From NCBI GenBank assembly GCA_964397975.1, contig CAYNLE010000004.1, forward strand, positions 944 through 64,943: 64,000 nt of DNA, read 5' to 3'. Source of the DNA: an uncultured Verrucomicrobiales bacterium. Its GTDB lineage: Bacteria; Verrucomicrobiota; Verrucomicrobiia; Verrucomicrobiales; Akkermansiaceae. Made by a program: the position numbers and the translations under genes. Positions 59,083 through 64,000 of this stretch are shown here, one piece after another; positions within the stretch are counted from its first letter, which is position 1, and each line of letters begins with the position of its first letter. Under the pieces are notes generated by a model that saw nothing but the letters and a program-made list of their open reading frames with translations, had not been told where the DNA came from and did not search any database.

Positions 59083-61086
59083 CTACCCTCTTTTGAATGA
59101 CGCTTTTAGCTCAGAGACACTCGTCACTTTTAACACTAAAGCAAGTGCTCCGTATACACCCATTCCAACAGCTATCAATATAGCTAAGGCGATACACTTC
59201 AGATAGAAAGCGGAGTTAAACATACCACCAAGCGCCTGATGGGTCAGCCAAACAGCTCCCCCCATCATCACACTTGCTAGAGTAATACGCATCGACTTAC
59301 GCCAAAACTCGTTCCCTACCTTTACAAAACCTTTCAAGCCTCGAGCCAGAAGGTAAACATTCACCCAGGCAGCGACGGTAGTCGCGATAGCTATACCCAC
59401 ATGACCCAGTGGTGCAAAAAGAGCCAAGCTGACTACAATGTTTACGATAACAGTCACCAAAGCCATCATCATCGGCGCCTTGGTATTCTCGCGAGCAAAA
59501 AAGCCCGGTTGGAGGACCTTGATCAAAACATAACCTGGTAGACCTAGAGCAAAACCACGCAGAGCCATACCTGTCTGGTGGACATCATCTACAGTAAACT
59601 CACCGCGCTGAAATAATACGCTGATAATAGGTATCGGTATCACCAGCATCGCTATCGCCGCTGGCAAAGTAATCAACAAACCTAGCTCCATACCACGCAC
59701 CATACTATCTGAAGCGCCCTTGATATCGTCCTTTCTTACCAGTCTCGTCACCTCAGGTAGAAGCACCACACCTAAGGCGATACCTATCATCCCTAGAGGT
59801 AGCTGGTAGACTCGATCAGAGTAATACAACCAAGAGATCGCCCCCTGCTGAAAAGAGGCTATAATACCACCGATTAATAAATTAACCTGCTGAATACCAG
59901 CTGCCAAAATCCCCGGCCCCATGAGTAAAAAAAGCTTTTTAATCGATGAGTCAAACACCGGCTTCTGTAGTTTCACATGATAACCCTTTCTGAAGCACAC
60001 CACATACAGCATCAGAAACTGCAACAAGCCTGCAACCGCTACACACCACGATAAAACATGTGCCGGCAGGTTAAGGTTCAGACCCGAAACAAAAATGCCT
60101 AAGCCCGCTAGAAAAACGATGTTCAGTAAAATAGGAGCTGCAGCAGGAGCCCCGAAAACCTTAAAGGTATTTAAAACTCCACTCAAATGAGCAACTAGAG
60201 CCATAAATAGCAAATAACAAAAAGTGATACGGGACAGCGTAACCGTCAGATCAAAAGTATCAGGATGGTTTGTGTAAAATGCTAACTTACCTTCCGATGC
60301 GGTAGTTCCCACCACTTCATTAGAGCGAACTAGATCCCCCTCGAACCAACCGTAGTCATGCCCGTCAGGTAAGCGGATACAGGCTTGCCCGCTCTGCGTC
60401 ATTGACCACGAGGTATCGACTAAATCTATACCCTCACGAGCTGGTTTAACTTTTTCATCTGAATTCGCCCGCATTAACTTCGCGAGAGACTGCTCAGTAT
60501 AATCATCACCTACCTGCACTAATGACACCTCATCACCTCGCCCCCCTTTACCGTAAAAACGAGAAAGCAGCGTAGGCTCTTCTTTTACAAAACGTAAATT
60601 CTCAAGCGTAAATTCAGCACTTTTTGCATCAGCTGATTCTACAGATAAATAGAAAGCTTTCTGGCCACTGAGCTCTACAGAAACAGACTCCACCAGCTGC
60701 TCACTCGAGCTAGCAGGTAATGGCAACTCCACTTTTGCCTTAAAGCCATACACTACCAGTCCCATGATCCAGTGCATACATGGAATAGCAATAATAGTGG
60801 CGATAACTAAAAACAAACAGAGAGTGGAAAAGGCATTGGACGCAAAGCCCATAGCATACTTCTCACCTTCTTTCTCTAACCTCCTACCAAACATCGGCAC
60901 AAAAGCCGCGTTAAATGCTCCTTCACCAAAAATCCTGCGAAATAAATTGGGAAACCTAAATGCTGAAAAGAAAGCATCGCCAAGAAGCCCTGAGCCTAAG
61001 TAACGCGCTATGAAAATATCGCGCACAAATCCCAGAACACGGCTAATAGCCGTGAACCCTGAGACTTTCATTAATGACCTAAGCAT
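59083..61086 (-). CDS. murJ: Lipid II flippase MurJ with ~158-aa insertion
   Basis: SRVLGFVRD, DAF..AFRFPNLFRRIFGEGAF..AFVP, ISWLYYSDRVYQLPLG.IG, FQRGEF, VLIKVL.PGFFARE.TK.P, GHVGIAIAT; 667 aa versus the usual ~510-520. Confidence 0.96.
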   Translation of the reverse strand: MLRSLMKVSGFTAISRVLGFVRDIFIARYLGSGLLGDAFFSAFRFPNLFRRIFGEGAFNAAFVPMFGRRLEKEGEKYAMGFASNAFSTLCLFLVIATIIAIPCMHWIMGLVVYGFKAKVELPLPASSSEQLVESVSVELSGQKAFYLSVESADAKSAEFTLENLRFVKEEPTLLSRFYGKGGRGDEVSLVQVGDDYTEQSLAKLMRANSDEKVKPAREGIDLVDTSWSMTQSGQACIRLPDGHDYGWFEGDLVRSNEVVGTTASEGKLAFYTNHPDTFDLTVTLSRITFCYLLFMALVAHLSGVLNTFKVFGAPAAAPILLNIVFLAGLGIFVSGLNLNLPAHVLSWCVAVAGLLQFLMLYVVCFRKGYHVKLQKPVFDSSIKKLFLLMGPGILAAGIQQVNLLIGGIIASFQQGAISWLYYSDRVYQLPLGMIGIALGVVLLPEVTRLVRKDDIKGASDSMVRGMELGLLITLPAAIAMLVIPIPIISVLFQRGEFTVDDVHQTGMALRGFALGLPGYVLIKVLQPGFFARENTKAPMMMALVTVIVNIVVSLALFAPLGHVGIAIATTVAAWVNVYLLARGLKGFVKVGNEFWRKSMRITLASVMMGGAVWLTHQALGGMFNSAFYLKCIALAILIAVGMGVYGALALVLKVTSVSELKASFKRG

Positions 61087-61117
61087 TCCTTTTGGTTATG
61101 TTTTGATTATATAAAAA

Positions 61118-62149
61118 CTAAGAACTACTCGCTCTACGTAACTTATCCATAATCGCTACACCTAGACCGGTTTCAGATACTGGCTCAGCTATTATTTCAT
61201 CGACACCACTTTCATCTAACATCCTTAACGCATAGAAAAAACGCACTGCTGCCTCAGCCAGCTTACCCTTTCCTGGAGATAACTCCTCCACGACATCCCA
61301 CTTATAGCCGTTAATAAAACCTGCTTTTTCAGAACCACAGTAGCTGAGAAGAGCATACTTTTTACCCTCTTCAGGTTTGAAATCTTCAAAGCTCCTTAGT
61401 AAACGCAGAGGTGTCACAGGTGCATAGTGAACCTTTAGCTGACCAGGAGCCTCAGGAGCCTCATTTGACCTATTTCTTTTAGGCCGCTCTACCTTACCAA
61501 AACGCTGCAGCATCTCTTTCGTAACAGGACCAGACCGTAAAAGGTGTAAAGTGGGGCGTTTCTCTCCCGCCTCTGGCTTAACAATCGTGCTCTCAATACC
61601 TTCGCGGCATGCACCACCATCGACAACCATAGGAATAAGACCTCCTAACTCTTTGATAACGGCCCCTGCTGAAGTCGGGCTAATCCGCCCAAATTTATTA
61701 GCACTTGGCGCCGCTATAGGGTTACCCAATTTACGGACAATCGCCTTCATAATCGGATGACCACTCATTCTCACCGCCACCGTATCCAGACCGCTGGTGA
61801 CTATATCAGGAACACCTGACTTTTTAGGAAGCACCAGAGTAAGAGGCCCAGGCCAATGTGCCTTCATCAACTTATCAACTACGACTCGTAAATCGTCAGC
61901 AATGTCGGCGACCTCATCAACCTGCTCATAAGAGCCAACATGAATAATCAGCGGATCAAAAGACGGACGATCTTTCACTGCAAAAATCTTAGCCACAGCC
62001 TCAGCGTTTAAAGCATCTGCCCCTAAACCATAAACTGTCTCAGTAGGTAACGCGACCAACTCACCGCTAGCTAGCAGTGCCACGGCATCATCAACGACCT
62101 TCTTCTGCCCTGCAGGGTCAGAAGCATCTATCACTATTGTTTGACTCAC
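61118..62149 (-). CDS. tsaC: Threonylcarbamoyl-AMP synthase, Sua5 type (YrdC + Sua5 domains)
   Basis: VALPTETVYGLGADA, KDRPSFDPLI.H, WPGPLTLV, AVRM, AAPSAN.FG..SPT, GIESTI, APGQL..HYAP, AIMDKLRRA. Confidence 0.96.
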   Translation of the reverse strand: MSQTIVIDASDPAGQKKVVDDAVALLASGELVALPTETVYGLGADALNAEAVAKIFAVKDRPSFDPLIIHVGSYEQVDEVADIADDLRVVVDKLMKAHWPGPLTLVLPKKSGVPDIVTSGLDTVAVRMSGHPIMKAIVRKLGNPIAAPSANKFGRISPTSAGAVIKELGGLIPMVVDGGACREGIESTIVKPEAGEKRPTLHLLRSGPVTKEMLQRFGKVERPKRNRSNEAPEAPGQLKVHYAPVTPLRLLRSFEDFKPEEGKKYALLSYCGSEKAGFINGYKWDVVEELSPGKGKLAEAAVRFFYALRMLDESGVDEIIAEPVSETGLGVAIMDKLRRASSS

Positions 62150-62256
62150 GATGATGTCCTTATCCTACTATCTGCTGATACTGAAGCTTAATTGCCTCAA
62201 AAACTAGAAATAATAACGAATACGCACCCCTTCAAAAACACCGTAATAATTAATGT

Positions 62257-62285
62257 TTAACTTGCTTCGCTCTCTCTGATATAGT
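62257..62285 (+). promoter_or_regulatory. Sigma70-like promoter, leaderless configuration (aroK)
   Basis: TTAACT-N17-TATAGT with extended -10 TG, 7 nt before ATG 62293. Confidence 0.65.
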
Positions 62286-62292
62286 CGCTCTG

Positions 62293-62856
62293 ATGCAAGA
62301 CAGCTCCTCGACTCTCACCTCTCCCTTAGAAAATATTATTCTAGTTGGATTTATGGGGACTGGAAAATCGACAATCGGGAGAGAAATCAAGAAGCAACTA
62401 GGATATCACCTAGTGGACACAGACTTGATAATCGAGGAACAAGCAGACATGGATATCCCGCAAATATTTTCTAAGCAAGGTGAACCATCCTTCCGCTCAA
62501 TGGAAACAGAGCTATTAAAAAGCATGGTTCATCAAAATATGAATCACCACATCATAGCAACTGGTGGAGGCATGGCGGTAGCTACAGAAAATCAGATTCT
62601 ATTAAAAAAACTTGGTTTCGTAGTTTGGCTATCCTGCTCTCCAGAAAATATTTTAGAACGAACCTCTCGCACCAATAACCGACCTCTACTGCAATCTAAC
62701 AACCGGATTGAAGTTATCGAAAAGCTTCTTAACGAACGAACACCGCTTTACGACAGGGCTTCACATATAAAAATCGACACCTCAAAGTTAAACTTTGATG
62801 AAATTGTTTGTGGTATTATCGAAAGTGCACGATACCACTTCGGCACCAGCCACTAA
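62293..62856 (+). CDS. aroK: Shikimate kinase
   Basis: ILVGFMGTGKST.G, DTD..IE, GEPSFR.ME, IATGGG, RPLL, R.PLY. Confidence 0.96.
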   Translation: MQDSSSTLTSPLENIILVGFMGTGKSTIGREIKKQLGYHLVDTDLIIEEQADMDIPQIFSKQGEPSFRSMETELLKSMVHQNMNHHIIATGGGMAVATENQILLKKLGFVVWLSCSPENILERTSRTNNRPLLQSNNRIEVIEKLLNERTPLYDRASHIKIDTSKLNFDEIVCGIIESARYHFGTSH

Positions 62857-62864
62857 AGTGTCGC

Positions 62865-62893
62865 TTGATCTTCACTAGAACATTCCCTATAGT
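62865..62893 (+). promoter_or_regulatory. Sigma70-like promoter for the polyprenyl synthase gene
   Basis: TTGATC-N17-TATAGT. Confidence 0.6.
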
Positions 62894-62943
62894 AGATTAC
62901 AGCTTTCAGTTACCTTGCATTTAGGTAATACTACAGCGTAAAG

Positions 62944-63978
62944 TTGACACCAACGCACTCACTCCACTCCATAGACATGTCTTTGACTAAATTTAGTACC
63001 AACCCGAAGATCCCCTTTCACATGGTAAAAAAGGAACTGAAGGAAGTTGAGTCCCAGATCCGAGGCCAGGTGCAAGCATTTGACCCATCAGTAGAGCCTT
63101 ATATAGAATATATCTGTAATACCAGCGGCAAAAGGATCCGACCCATACTTGCTATACTAGCTGGCGGCGCGACTGGTGGAGTTACTGACGCCCACATTAA
63201 AATAGGCGTCATTTTAGAACTCGTTCACATGTCTACACTTGTCCACGATGACATTATAGACGGTGCTGATACACGGAGAAAAGTTCCTACAGCAAATTCT
63301 AAATGGGGCAATGGAATGGCCGTGCTTCTCGGAGACGCCCTCTTCTCTCACTCCCTTTTACTAGCTACTGAGTTTAACAATATCGACATCTGTAGAAAAG
63401 TCGGCCAAGCCTCACGCGAAGTCTGCCAAGGTGAAGTTATTCAGACTCAAAGACGATTTGACCTTACGCTCACCAAAAAGGATTATTTCCGCATCATTGA
63501 GATGAAAACCGGAGCTCTGTTTGCCGCTGCTACTGGCATCGCTGCAAACCTCTCAGGAGTATCTCAAGAGGTCGAAGACCTACTCTTCGATTATGGAATG
63601 AAAATCGGCACCGCCTATCAGATTTATGACGACTGCCTCGACCTTGTAGGAAATGAAGAACAGGTCGGCAAAACACTCCGCACCGATTTAGAAAAAGGCA
63701 AACTCACCTTACCTCTACTTATCCTTCTCGAAAAAGCTGACGAAAGCCAACGCTCAAAGCTTAATAAACGCATCATTAACCAAGAACCACTCGACCTCCC
63801 CGTCCTCATCGGCATAGCGGAATACGAAGGTTCTGTAGAACTCGCCCTAGATACAGCATCTAATATGCTTCATGATGCGCGCAAAAACCTCGAGATACTC
63901 GAGGATTCCCAATGGAAAAATGGGCTCATCGAAGTCTCAAACTACCTCGACAGCTTACTAGATAAGTGCCGCAAGTAG
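62944..63978 (+). CDS. All-trans polyprenyl diphosphate synthase (IspB/HepT-like)
   Basis: GKRIRP, ELVHMSTLVHDDIIDGADTRR (FARM), AVLLGD, KTGALF, AYQIYDDCLD (SARM), GK.LR.DLEKGK.TLP; true start may be ATG 62977. Confidence 0.95.
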   Translation: MTPTHSLHSIDMSLTKFSTNPKIPFHMVKKELKEVESQIRGQVQAFDPSVEPYIEYICNTSGKRIRPILAILAGGATGGVTDAHIKIGVILELVHMSTLVHDDIIDGADTRRKVPTANSKWGNGMAVLLGDALFSHSLLLATEFNNIDICRKVGQASREVCQGEVIQTQRRFDLTLTKKDYFRIIEMKTGALFAAATGIAANLSGVSQEVEDLLFDYGMKIGTAYQIYDDCLDLVGNEEQVGKTLRTDLEKGKLTLPLLILLEKADESQRSKLNKRIINQEPLDLPVLIGIAEYEGSVELALDTASNMLHDARKNLEILEDSQWKNGLIEVSNYLDSLLDKCRK

Positions 63979-64000
63979 GCGAATCAAAATAATGGGGCTA

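Noticed and set aside
62944-63978. Undecaprenyl-PP synthase completing a MurJ/DUF368 carrier-lipid cluster
   Set aside because: DDxxD motifs show it is an all-trans (quinone side-chain) synthase, not the cis-type UppS
1-64000. CRISPR arrays, IS elements/transposases, prophage genes, rRNA
   Set aside because: No regularly spaced repeats, terminal inverted repeats, or transposase, integrase, phage or rRNA signatures were seen

Overview
This 64-kb window is gene-dense, mostly housekeeping bacterial chromosome. The gene set (Amuc_1098-type secretin, long-loop CcsA/ResB cytochrome c maturation, FabV, Sua5-type TsaC, GH95) points to a Verrucomicrobiales-like PVC organism; that assignment is inference. 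It holds about 52 recognisable CDS, including thiG, nadC, an ABC-F ATPase, ribE, ccsA/resB, hemE, a secretin, an M42 peptidase, a MoxR-DUF58-transglutaminase operon, rsfS, lpxB, trmD, pstSCAB, GH95, fabV, tlyA, rppH, rluA, MATE, queA, a GH2-GT2 fusion, clpB, sucAB, DUF368, murJ, tsaC/sua5, aroK and a polyprenyl synthase, plus one tRNA-Ala(GGC). I found no CRISPR array, IS element, integrase or rRNA. The region 27.6-35.0 kb looks accessory. The most unusual signals are: (1) MurJ with a ~158-aa periplasmic insertion resembling a circularly permuted NPCBM-like carbohydrate-binding fold; (2) many sigma70-like promoters whose -10 box lies 6-7 nt before the start codon, implying widespread leaderless mRNAs; (3) a small secreted-protein ORF interrupted by an in-frame UGA followed by a SECIS-like hairpin; (4) two unannotated small ORFs, a 29-aa hydrophobic peptide with promoter, SD and terminator, and a 50-aa protein that is 42% Lys/Arg; (5) SucB with two lipoyl domains and an eroded E3-binding domain; (6) a membrane-anchored M28 pseudo-peptidase downstream of lpxB. 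All calls are from reading the sequence; no database searches were run.
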